From the NCBI RefSeq assembly GCF_001194135.2, contig NC_068993.1, positions 44,940,985 through 45,004,984 on the forward strand: a stretch of DNA of 64,000 nt. Direction: 5' to 3'. Numbering within the stretch: position 1 is the stretch's first letter; the number at the start of each line of letters is the position of its first letter. The stretch comes from Octopus bimaculoides (Eukaryota). The notes below the pieces were generated by a model. That model was not told the origin of the DNA. It did no database searches and was given only the letters and a program-made list of their open reading frames with translations. Below, piece after piece: positions 38,655 through 50,648 of this stretch. The position numbers and the translations under genes are program-made.

Positions 38655-38925
38655 TAACACTGCCTCAAATAACACTAAACTGTTTTGTTTATTGTCACTA
38701 CACTGCCTCCAATGATTGCAAACAAACTGTTTATAGTTACAACACTACCTCTGATAACAGTAAACAAACTGTTCATGTCCATGATACTGTTTCTGATTAC
38801 ATTAAATGAACTGTTTATAGCCACAGCATTGTCTCTGGTGGCAGTTAACAGTCCTTTTCGTAGCCACGACATTGTCTTTGGTGGTAGTAAACAAACTGTT
38901 TATAGTCACAATATCTCTTCCTATG
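38655..38925. repeat. Degenerate 42-bp minisatellite, about 6 units
   Basis: The AAACTGTT(T)-like anchor recurs at 38724, 38766, 38808 (42-bp period) and 38893. Confidence 0.8.
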
Positions 38926-39041
38926 ACAGTAACACTCCTATCCAGTCAGTGAACAGATAAGTAGATGAGGGAGTAAGTGCATAGTTTCTCAACCAGCTAG
39001 AAATAATAGCAAAAATATCCCAGAATTTACATCCTACTGTC

Positions 39042-39266
39042 TTAACCCTTTAGTATTTAAACCAACCATATCTAGCCCAAATATCTCTCCTGTTTTATGT
39101 TCAAACTGGCCAGATCCAGACTCTCACACCTAGCCAACAATGTCATTCTGAAAATAAGCAATCACATTGAAATCTGAAAGTTACATGATAATGCATGAGT
39201 AATTCAAAACAATGTGAATATATAAGCATTACATTTGACAAAGTAATCTCAATGCTAAAGGGTTAA
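39042..39266 (-). mobile_element. TTAA-flanked MITE, same family, reverse orientation
   Basis: TTAA|CCCTTTAGTATTT...AATGCTAAAGGG|TTAA. Confidence 0.85.
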
Positions 39267-39600
39267 AAATGTGAGAATACTTTTGGATAATGTAATCATT
39301 ACAGTAGCCATGGGCATGGCTGTGTGGTTAAGAAGCTTACTTTGCAGCTACATGACTTCAGGTTCAGATCCACTATGTGGCACTTTCAGCAAGAAACTTC
39401 TACCATAGCCCTGGGCTAATCAATGTCTTGTAAGTGAATTTGGTAGAAGGAAACTGTGTGGAATCCCATCATGTATATGTGTTTGTATTTCTGTGTGTTT
39501 TGTGTTTGTGTATGTCCTTCCCCACCACTTGACAGCTCATGTTCTCCATAACTTAGTGAGTGGTTTGGGCAAAAGAGATTGATAGAATAAGCACCAAACT

Positions 39601-39811
39601 TTAACCCTTTAGCACTCAGATTATTCTTTTCATTCATATTGTTTTTAGTTAATCATGCGTTATTTTGCAGTTTCAACATATTGATGATGTGATTGTATAT
39701 TTTATAATGGCATTGAAGGGTAAGTGTGATAGGCTGGATCTGACTGGTTACAACATAAAGCAGGTAGCATATTCGGGCCAAATGTGGCCTGTTTAAATGT
39801 GAAAGAGTTAA
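39601..39811 (+). mobile_element. TTAA-flanked MITE nested in a SINE family A copy (39310-39915)
   Basis: TTAA|CCCTTTAGCACTCAGATT...AATGTGAAAGAG|TTAA. The host SINE resumes after the insertion. Confidence 0.8.
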
Positions 39812-39975
39812 AAAAAAAAATGAAAGAAGTAGTGGGGTTGACCTTTGACAAGACCCTTCATCGTGGTACTGCAGTGTGGCTGCAGTCCAATGACTTTTGC
39901 AAGTAAAAGATAAAGAAAAGATAAAAAGATAATCTGAAAATAAAAATAGGATGGCCTTTGTGTATAGATAGATAT

Positions 39976-40348
39976 GGAGGCGCAATGGCCCAGTGGTTAG
40001 GGCAGCGGACTCGCGGTCATAGGACCGCGGTTTCGATTCCCAGACCGGGCGTTGTGAGTGTTTATTGAGCGAAAACACCTAAAGCTCCACAAGGCTCCGG
40101 CAGGGGATGGTGGCGAACCCTGCTGTACTCTTCCACCACAACTTTCTCTCACTGTTACTTCTTGTTTCTGTTGTGCTTGTAATTCAAAGGGTCAGCCTTG
40201 TCACGCTGAATATCCCCAAGAACTACGTTAAGGGTACATGTGTCTGTGGAGTGCTCAGCCACTTGCACGATAATTTCACGAGCAGGCTGTTCCGTTGATC
40301 GGATCAACTGGAACTCTCGCCGTCGTAAGCGACGGAGTGCCAACAACA
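39976..40348 (+). mobile_element. Young tRNA-derived SINE with 12-bp target-site duplication
   Basis: tRNA-like head with A box TGGCCCAGTGG and B box GGTTTCGATTCCC, many intact CpGs, tail hairpins GTTGATC-G-GATCAAC and CCGTCG-TAAG-CGACGG, (CAA)n tail. ATAGATAGATAT is repeated at 39964-39975 and 40349-40360. Confidence 0.9.
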
Positions 40349-41047
40349 ATAGATAGATATACAATGTCAACAGCTCCTCCGATAGAAGCTGCCTCTTTCT
40401 CTTCCCCATCTCTGAAGATCTCTCTAATCATCCTTGACTCTCTTCCAGCTTTCCCCCATTTTCCTTACCTCTTTCTTCCTCATTCATTCGCTGAAAGCAG
40501 AGATAGAACAATTGCCTTTAATTAATCACATCACTTCTTCTTCCTGCCGTTTATTGTGTCTGTTATTTTACGTTCAATGCAGTTTGATTGGTGGAGGGGT
40601 AGATGAGCGATTTGGTTTCTGTGGTGGTCTTTTATTGTTGAAGGAAAATCTTCCAGCTATTATTGTAGGCTTTCTGCTTTGCTTTTGTAAACAACATTGT
40701 TTTGACAAAGCTGAAAAATGTAAGAAACCAAGGAAGATAATAAGGACGAGAGAGAAAAATAGAGGGAGAGGTAGATAAATAGTAATGGAGAGAAAGAAAC
40801 TGAAAGAATGCTCTAGGAAAAATCAGAGAGAGAGAGAGAGTGGGGGGAGGTTTGATAGTACAAACAGGATGGATAGAACTCCAAACATCAGCACATACAT
40901 TTCCTGCATAGCACTTACCAAAACTTTTGGTTGGTGCCATGCACAAAACTCTCAGCCCTAGAGTCACTTTGTAACTTCTACCAATTAAAAGTAATACACA
41001 CACACACATGCACACACACATATCTATGCATGTATACATATGTTTGT

Positions 41048-41277
41048 TATTTCTTTATTGCCCACAAGGGGCTAAACATAGAGGGGACAAACAAGGACAG
41101 ACATGGAGATTAAGTCGATTACATCAATCCCCAGTGCGTAACTGGTACTTAATTTATCGACCCCGAAAGGATGAAAGGCAAAGTCGACCTCAGCGGAATT
41201 TGAACTCAGAACGAAACGGGAGACGAAATACCGCTAAGCATTTCACCTGGTGTGCTAACGTTTCTGCCAGCTCGTCG
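41048..41277 (-). mobile_element. SINE family B (GAGCTGGCAGAA...TTCTGAGTTCAAATTCC...CTTTCATCCTTTCGGGGTCGATAAA), CpG-rich young copy
   Basis: Least diverged copy. Others at about 2225-2390(-), 2462-2675(-), 5790-5995(-), 7884-8097(+), 14723-14940(+), 15255-15475(+), 16230-16440(-), 19693-20000(-, internal duplication), 29860-30075(-), 33675-33860(-), 33935-34150(-), 45160-45360(-), 50335-50548(+), 60615-60835(-). Confidence 0.85.
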
Positions 41278-41876
41278 ACATGTATACATATGTTTGTATG
41301 GATGTACATATGCATGTATACATATGTTTGTATCGACGTACATATGTATAAAACTCTATTGTGATCGGGAGGAGAAAACTAAGAAGGAATGAAACTGGAG
41401 AAAATGAGTTACATATAAAGTCTGTGTACGTGCGTGCATGCATATATCGTGGAATTTGAACTCAAATTTGAAGACGGACGAAATGCCGCTAAGCATTTGC
41501 CTCACCTGCTAATGATTCGACCAGCTCGCCCGCCGCCCTATCATTTACTTTAATATACTACTGTCACAACGACTGCAGTCATCGCAAAGACCACTATCAC
41601 AATATTGCAACTCTTACCACTACTACAGTGATACCCCACTCCAACTCCGCTACCGCACTAATCATTAAAGCCATCACCACTATAACTACAACTTTAAAAT
41701 CACCTACCACTACAACCGAAATCCCAAAACATGGTGGTGCTCCAGCATGACTGCAGCCACTTGGCTGAAACGCATAAATACATAAATAAATAAAAAATAT
41801 ATAATATGCATACATTTACATAAATGTACATTCATGCATATGTATAGTTGCTGGAATAAGAATTGGCTGAGAAAGT

Positions 41877-42390
41877 ATAGAGAGCTGTTACCTCTGGTAG
41901 TAACAAGTGCTTTCACTCTCTCAGAGTGAAAGCAAATTGTATGATACATCACATGTAAGCATTATTATACATGCACATGAACTGCAATGCTCTATGGTCA
42001 TGTAACATGGGTCATTTATGCTGAGAACATGCAAAGATTAGAAAGAAATAAAGCTGGCATGCTCTGCTGGATGTGCAATGTCAGAGTACATGTATGACAA
42101 AGTGCGAATGTGATGGGAACAAAATTGGGTATAAGAAGGATGAGATGTAGTGTACTGGTGTGTTCATGTATGAGGATGCATATGTTATGAGGACAGCTGC
42201 ATGGAAAAGTCCTGATTGCTAAATGTGGTTGGAACCTGTTAAAGAAAGAGAACCAGGAAGACATGGGATGAGGTTGCCAGGACCAACCTCTGGTTGTTGA
42301 ACCTCACAGTTGACAAAGGACTGAGATAATTGACAGTTCAATATGCTTAAGAAGACCCAACCATCTTAGTGAAAAACAAGATTCTAAAAG
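41877..42390 (+). mobile_element. Old RTE LINE relic, same family as 48299
   Basis: Degenerate ELLPLV...SLRVK...AMLYGHVTW...ERNKAGMLCWMCNV...KLGIRR...RKTWDEV; many stops and indels. Confidence 0.75.
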
Positions 42391-43480
42391 CATATCATTT
42401 ATGCCTCTGTCCCCACACCCAAGCTTTCTTTACTAAGCCTTCTCCATAACTGACTGTCTTAACACTCATCCTTCCATAACTCTTCTAGCTGCAATACTAT
42501 TATTCAGCTGCTGCAATTAATATGAAAACAGAACTGTATATATTTCATACCCCTTTTGTGCTCAAAGATACCCTGTCTCCTTTGAACCACCTCCCTTGTC
42601 AACCATCCCATTTTCTCAATGTCATACCTTACTGTTTTATTTTCCTAGTGAATGCCCCTTTCCCATGAGCACCCTCTAATATCTACCATAGATGATTCTC
42701 CCCCCACCTACCTTTGTCACTCACTGCATCCACCCTTACATACCTCTGACTCCCCCCAACACTTTACATCATCTCCTTGCTTCTCATATATCTAGTTTTA
42801 TATTGTTGCTCATCAACTCCTCTTTATATACTGCTACTTACCACCTCCCCTTCCTAAACCCACTTCTATTCTTATTTACTGCTCCCCCAAACTGAGAGTT
42901 ACAGTTGACCACACCTCCACCTGGTGTCACCATTCACTATCTCCATCTCTAACCATCTCCACTCTCCTTTTAGACACTTGCAAACTTAACCATCCACCCA
43001 TTCCTGATCTTCTGTCCTTATTCTCTCTTCTTGTAATCTGCCACCTCATCTTCACCAATTTTTCTCCTTTTGCAGCTAGCCATGTGTCCCTTCTACAAGA
43101 CACCTGTTCCTATCCCTCTATCATACCTTAACCTCTAAACATCTGACACAAAGCCACCTCCCTCAATACTGCACCCTCACTTGGTTGAGATGGTCTTGTC
43201 TTCCAACAAGTAGCATGTATTGCAAAAAATGCACCCACTACACTCTGTAAAGTGGTTGACATTACGAAAGGCATCCAACTGTAGAAGCCATGTTAAGGCT
43301 GAAATTGGATTTCAGTACAGTCCTTAAATAGCATGGAACACAGATGCTAAATGATGATAGGTGCATGTACGATACATTCTATAGCTTGTATTATCATTAT
43401 TCTTGTCAATGGTTGTATTAGGTACTCTTATTTTTATTCAATAACGACTGTTGCAACAAGTGTGTGTGTGTATGTATATA

Positions 43481-43537
<57 letters not shown>

Positions 43538-44286
43538 GTATCGACAGAAAGTAATAGAATCTTATGCAAACTAAATAAATTCAATATGAGCACAGGACCC
43601 AATGAACTGTATGAGGAACTGGTGGACAATTCTTAGCTATAATAGCCAATTAGAGAAATTTATGTTGGCATTTGATGGAAATTGAATATCGAACACTGTA
43701 TTGGAAGAATCAACATGCCTCACTTCTCTCTTGTTTATTCTTTCGTGAACATCATAAAACACAGACTTAGAAACCATATTATATCCAAAATCAGCTGTAC
43801 GAGAAAGAATTTTCTTGGTAAAAACAGGAAAAGTGATTCTCCACTTTCATCTGCAAAATCATTTAATTAGAGACTTGTTCATTTTTTTTTTTTTATGGCC
43901 TTTTGTTTCTATTTTTTTTTTTTTCATCTTTGAAAGCATGAAGATATGTTTTATAACAGAATGGAACAAAGCATATACAATGGCTGCTCCAATGATTTCT
44001 AATCAAATTTTTGGCTTTCATAATGCCATAAAGAACCAAGAGAAGAAGAAAAAAAAAAAACGAGTGAAAGGAAGAGAGAGGGTGAGAGAGAGAGAGAGAG
44101 TGAGAAATATGATGTACATATTGTTGTGTAAAGTAATTGAAGTAAAAATAATAATATATAATTTATTTTGCAGAAGACATTTATGTGTATGTTTATTATA
44201 TCTATGTAAGAATACACACACATACACAGCTACACACACACCCACACACACACACACACACCCACCTACATATCTATCTATCTATC

Positions 44287-44335
<49 letters not shown>

Positions 44336-44522
44336 GCATATAATATATTCTTGATAATTCTTATTTTCTGAGTCATTTATTTTTATAGTCACTACTAGTG
44401 TCATAACTAACCAGCTATAATTGTGTGTGTTTTTTAACTCAATATTTACACTTTATTATCTATGATTTTCACCGTTAAAAATGATTAATTTCATATCTCT
44501 CAAAGTTTCTACTTAAGATGTA

Positions 44523-44568
<46 letters not shown>

Positions 44569-45606
44569 TTATCATCATTGTTTAATGTCCACTTTCCATG
44601 CTGGCATGGGTTGGGCAGTTTGACATGAAGCTGGCTAGTAGGGAGCTGTCCAGACTCCGGCTGTCTTTTGAGGCATGGTTTCTATGGCTGGATGCCCTTT
44701 CTAATGCCAACCACTTAAAAGAGTATGCTGGGTGCTTTTTATGTGCCGCCAGCAGGGGTGTATTAATGCAGCACTGGCATGGGTGCTTTTTAACTGGCAA
44801 CGGCATCTGGAAGGATAGGCCTGTATTTTTACTTAGCTTGAGTCTTATCAAGTGCAGAAAATCACCACATCTCCCGGTCCCTTGTCATTTCCTTAGTGAG
44901 ACTTGGCATCCGAAGATCCTCTCACCACTTCATTCCACATCTTCCTGGGTCTACCCCTTCCATATATAAATGTGTATATGTGTGTGTATGACTATTGTAT
45001 GTGTGTGTGTTTGGTGAACATCATTATTTTCTGTTATCCTTTGTTAGAGCATCAGACAAAATGCCTTGCCGTATTTCAGTTAAGGCTCTAAGTCGAAATC
45101 TCATGGAGGCCAACATTGCTCTTCATCCTCTCTCAGGGGAGTCAAATACAATAAGCTATCAGTCAAATTTTGGCACAAAGCCAGTAAGCTGGAGAGAGGG
45201 ACAAGTCAACCCAGTGCTCCACTGGTACTTATTTTATCAACCTTGAACAGATGAAAGACAAAGTCAACCATGGCAGATTTTGAACTCAGAAAGTAAAGAC
45301 AGATAAAATGCCATTAAGCATTTTACCTGGTGTGCTTAATGACTATGCTAACTTACTGCCTTCAGTGCTTTGTGTATTAAATGATAATTACTTCTTGCTG
45401 GATGGAATCCTTCTGTTTTTTTGTCAATCCTACCAACAATGGAACAATATTCTGTGTGTGTGTGTGTGTGTGTTTGACATTGCATGATAGATGTAGATGA
45501 GTGTTACCGTCATGCAGGCGGTCTCCTTCACTTCCAATCTTCTTTGTAAACATTATTTGGTTATATGGAACTATCATTTCACTTGGAAACATGTGAGGGT
45601 TGACAA

Positions 45607-45974
45607 CAGGAATGACTCTACACAGAATGGTGTAACTATAAGGCTTAAGGAAAAAATATCTCAGATCTGAAATTGCCTGAAGATGAAAGCCAGCTATAAG
45701 GAAGAAACACAGCTTCATCATCATCATCATTGCTGTAATGTCCACTTTTCCATGCTTGTGTGAATCGAACAGAGTTTGTTGAAGCCATAGAAACTCTGCT
45801 TCAACAAACTGTGTTCAACCCATGCAAGGATGGAAAAGTAGGCGTTAAAATGATGATTATGATGACGAAGCTATGTTTCTTGTTTATAGCTAGCTTCCAT
45901 CTTCAGGCAATTTCAGATCTAAGATATTTTTCTGTAAAGCCGTACAGTTTCACCATTCTACACAGAGCCATTCT
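45607..45974. repeat. Foldback inverted duplication, about 178-bp arms, 12-nt loop
   Basis: Core GTTTGTTGAAGC-catagaaactct-GCTTCAACAAAC. The arms stay alignable outward; ORFs 45377-45745(-) and 45760-46227(+) share the translation KLCFxxIAxFHLQAISDLRYFxxKPYSxTIL. Confidence 0.9.
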
Positions 45975-46901
45975 CTGTTCTTTGGTTTCTTCTCCAAATG
46001 CTTCCACTGCTAAAACATGTGATGATAATAAATTGCAAGAATTTTTTGACTATAAATCATCTGCAGATTCTTTTTCTTTGAAACCATCATCGGTGTTGGT
46101 TGGCATCATCGTCACTAACATGATCATCATTAATAATGTCTTCATCATCTCTATAATCATCATCATCATCTCAGCGCTTTCATTCTCAAAGGAAAAGTTT
46201 TTTAAAAAATACATCACCATAAAGTGAACAGCAACAACAACATAGGTATAATATATTTGTTATTGTTAGCTTGGAAAAAAAAAAACACTTTTAATCTTAT
46301 ATATTTCGAAGCCAGCATATGTGATCAAAGAAATTCAGTGTGTCTGTGTGTGTGCGTCTGTCCACATTTTAATATAAAAATATTAAAGATCTCAGTACAT
46401 TCATACTCACAATAACAGTGTGTAGAATCAATGTGTGTGTTTTAATTCATCATGCACACAGCTCATGTTACACACACACACACACACACATACACACACT
46501 ATATGAGAGGCAATTTTATATTTAATGCATCAGAGCCCATATTAGCACTGTAAAACAACCTGTGAAAAGGTGTGCTTGCAGTTCTTTTCAACCTGTTTTA
46601 AGAAAACTTTGCCAAGCACACCCTATTTGCTCCTCTCGCTTTTTTTCTTTCTTTTCTCCCCCTCCCCACTTCTCTCTCCAAATTTATATTTTTGTTCCAA
46701 AGATATGACATACCAAATATACAAAATATGACTTTCACTTATAGACTGTGGAGTACTGTTAGCATGCACAAACCGTTAATAAGCACTCTTATGATCTTGT
46801 GGTGCATATGTGCAGGGGTGGGTGGGTGACATTAATCCTTTTGCGACAAAATCTTTTCTATGAAAATACACACACCATGTTGTGTGTCTGTATGTGTGTG
46901 A

Positions 46902-46952
<51 letters not shown>

Positions 46953-47232
46953 ATGGCCAAGGTTGATAGTTCAAGGATTGGACTTCACAATCATTTCTGA
47001 AGTTGCTCTTAGTTTTCTTCCTGACACCATAGAAGGTATGAGATGTTTTGGCACTTGCTTTAATGTTTCCTTCATTCTCTCTCTCCCTCCTCCTTGCTCC
47101 CTCCCGTTCTTTTACTCTCTCTCTCTCTCCCTCTCTCTCTGTGAGCATGTTCCTCTTTATGTGTATGACAAGTGGGAAGGTGCTTATGTCAATTGTGCTC
47201 AATTTGTAAATTGTAATCTGTTTCTCACTCTG

Positions 47233-47267
<35 letters not shown>

Positions 47268-48265
47268 CTCTAGTGCCAAAAACTACTGTTGCCAAAACAG
47301 GTTCTGTGTCCAGTCAGCCATGCCAAATTGCCAGCATTCAAACAGCCACGCCCATTTATTTTATTCCACCCCACTGGCACTTCCCATCATTTTCTGCAAC
47401 ACTGAGGGATGCGACCTACATATGTTTATCTCTATCTAATATCATACTAACTTATATCATCTTACATTGGGGTTTTTTTCCCCCGTTTTTTTAAAACAAT
47501 ACAACACAACAATATCCTTAACTTCATTTTTGATGATGGCAAGTGAATACAAGCAGTAAACTTCATTTATATCTCATTATCTCATTGATTAGGAAAAAAC
47601 TAAGCAAGACAATACAGTGTCAATATAAAATATAACTCTTGTCATGCATTGAAACAAACATGTATAACTACAAAAGCCATCTTTCAGATACAATAAAATG
47701 TGTGTGTATGTCTGTGTGTATATGCAATTAGATGGATAATTTGCTATTTCTAGAGGGGGCAGAATTGTTTAAAGAGTGAGAAGTATTTCATTATTTCTTC
47801 TTTTTCTTCTCTTTTTCCCCCCTTTTATTGTGATTTTTGATTTGGTAATGGCTGTACATTTTTATGTTGGTTAGATACTACTAAAACAGTTAATCATTAA
47901 TTTTGCTAACAAAATCTGTTGTCATATATTTAACTAAAGCATGCATGCACACATGTAACACACTCACATACAGTGAATTAGCTGTTATTAGAGTAGTGGA
48001 TAGGATGCCTTGCTGTATTCATTCTAACTCTGCTAGAATTCTGAGTTCAAACTCCACTGAAGTCAATTTTTGCCTTCAGGATCAATAAATAAAAGACCAT
48101 TCTAATACTGGATTGACTTCTTCTTTCTCTCTCTGTCTTGAAGAAATTTGCTCTTTTCAGACCTGGAGAGGTTTAAAATACCTAAGATGTACCATATGTC
48201 AATATGGTAATTGTACAACTCTTATCAGTATTTGATGGCCCAAAGGCAAATATATATTTACATAT

Positions 48266-48565
48266 ATAGAATAAGAATAGCCTGGGCAAAGTTTAGATAG
48301 AATAAGAATAGCCTGGGCAAAGTTTAGAGAGCTCTTACCCCTGCTGGCGACAAAGGGACTCTCACTCAGAGTAAAAGGCAGACTGTATGACGCATGCGTA
48401 CGAACAGCCATGCTACATGGCAGTGAAACATGGGCTGTAACTGCTGAGGACATACGTAAGCTCGCAAGGAATGAAGCCAGTATGCTCCGTTGGATGTGTA
48501 ATGTCAATGTGAATACCCGTCAGAGTGTAAGTATCTTGAGAGAAAAGCTGAACATTAGAAGCATC
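48266..48565 (+). mobile_element. Young 5'-truncated RTE-clade LINE, ORF2 C-terminal region, running into the N gap
   Basis: Stop-free frame 48299-48565: RIRIAWAKFRELLPLLATKGLSLRVKGRLYDACVRTAMLHGSETWAVTAEDIRKLARNEASMLRWMC...LREKLNIRSI. The LxGSETW and MLRWMC motifs are typical of RTE ORF2; CpGs are retained. Confidence 0.9.
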
Positions 48566-49538
48566 NNNNNNNNNNNNNNNNNNNNNNNNNNNNNNNNNNN
48601 NNNNNNNNNNNNNNNNNNNNNNNNNNNNNNNNNNNNNNNNNNNNNNNNNNNNNNNNNNNNNNNNNNNNNNNNNNNNNNNNNNNNNNNNNNNNNNNNNNNN
48701 NNNNNNNNNNNNNNNNNNNNNNNNNNNNNNNNNNNNNNNNNNNNNNNNNNNNNNNNNNNNNNNNNNNNNNNNNNNNNNNNNNNNNNNNNNNNNNNNNNNN
48801 NNNNNNNNNNNNNNNNNNNNNNNNNNNNNNNNNNNNNNNNNNNNNNNNNNNNNNNNNNNNNNNNNNNNNNNNNNNNNNNNNNNNNNNNNNNNNNNNNNNN
48901 NNNNNNNNNNNNNNNNNNNNNNNNNNNNNNNNNNNNNNNNNNNNNNNNNNNNNNNNNNNNNNNNNNNNNNNNNNNNNNNNNNNNNNNNNNNNNNNNNNNN
49001 NNNNNNNNNNNNNNNNNNNNNNNNNNNNNNNNNNNNNNNNNNNNNNNNNNNNNNNNNNNNNNNNNNNNNNNNNNNNNNNNNNNNNNNNNNNNNNNNNNNN
49101 NNNNNNNNNNNNNNNNNNNNNNNNNNNNNNNNNNNNNNNNNNNNNNNNNNNNNNNNNNNNNNNNNNNNNNNNNNNNNNNNNNNNNNNNNNNNNNNNNNNN
49201 NNNNNNNNNNNNNNNNNNNNNNNNNNNNNNNNNNNNNNNNNNNNNNNNNNNNNNNNNNNNNNNNNNNNNNNNNNNNNNNNNNNNNNNNNNNNNNNNNNNN
49301 NNNNNNNNNNNNNNNNNNNNNNNNNNNNNNNNNNNNNNNNNNNNNNNNNNNNNNNNNNNNNNNNNNNNNNNNNNNNNNNNNNNNNNNNNNNNNNNNNNNN
49401 NNNNNNNNNNNNNNNNNNNNNNNNTATACATATCAACCCCAGCTGCTAACTGTAAACTATAAAGTTGTTTTTTATACCTTCTATGGACTGCTCGAAGCTT
49501 ACTAACTTCCTACACTTTGATCCTTGGATCTTACCTTT

Positions 49539-49572
<34 letters not shown>

Positions 49573-50648
49573 ACGTGAATGTGTGCCTTAGTATCATATA
49601 ATAGTTGTTAATAAGCATTACTATCGTTGAAGCAATGTTGTTCATTTCCAGTCTTCCATGAAAAACATGTCTTGGCCATGGGACATATTACATTACCTGG
49701 AAACAGGTGAGGACTGGCAATAGGAAGGACATCCAGCCATAGAAAATCTGCCTCGACAAATTCTGTCTGACCCTTGCAAGCATGGAAAAGTGGTTGCTAA
49801 ATGATAATGATGTTCTCACAGACATAGTTGGTTGTTACCTTAAATGCCATTGTCAGTGAGTTGAAGTTTTGGTGAACGTCATTATTTTCTGTTATCCTTT
49901 GTTAGAGCATCAGACAAAATGCTTTGCTGCCGTATTTCAGTTAAGGCTCTGAGTCGAAATCTCATGGAGGCCAACATTGCTTTTCATCCTCTCTCGGGGG
50001 GAGTCAAATAAAATAAGCTATCAGTCAAATACTAGGGTTGATTTAATTGATTACTACCTTCTTTCCAAAATTTGTAGCGTTGTGCTTATGTTAAAAACAA
50101 TTATAAGTGTTTGATTGACAGAATTGGTATTTAGTCTGTCACTTCAGATTCCGTGTTCAAAACTCACCAAAATCAATTTTCGCCTTTTATCCTTCAAAGA
50201 ATTCTTAAAACACTCTGCAGTCAATTACTGATGTCAGTTTAACAAAACTACATAATCTTTCTCAAGCAAATAGTTTGACCATGTATTTATATTAGAAACC
50301 ATTATACATTAATATTATTATTATTACTATCATTAAGGCAGTGAGCTGTGAAAATCATTAGAGCACTGGACAAAATGCTTTGCAGTATTTCTTCTGGTTC
50401 TTAACATTCTGAGTTCAAATTCCATTGAGGTCATCTTTGCTTTTGTCTTTTCAGGGTCAATAAAATAAGTAGCAGTTGAACACTGGGATTGATGTAATTG
50501 ACTTCCCCCTAAAATTCCTGGCTTTGTGCTGAAATTAGAAAGAATTATTATTATAATCATTATATTTTTTACTGTCCATTATTTGTTCTGTCTCCTAATT
50601 GAATTGAATCCTACTTATTTTACTTCTTTTTTTAATTTTCCTCTGCAG

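Noticed and set aside
39976-40050. tRNA gene
   Set aside because: The tRNA-like head lacks a proper acceptor stem and continues into a SINE body with tail and TSD.
45760-46227. 155-aa ORF and mirror ORF 45377-45745 suggesting a duplicated small protein
   Set aside because: The shared translation is explained by the foldback duplication of a retroelement tail and flank; the remainder is low-complexity.
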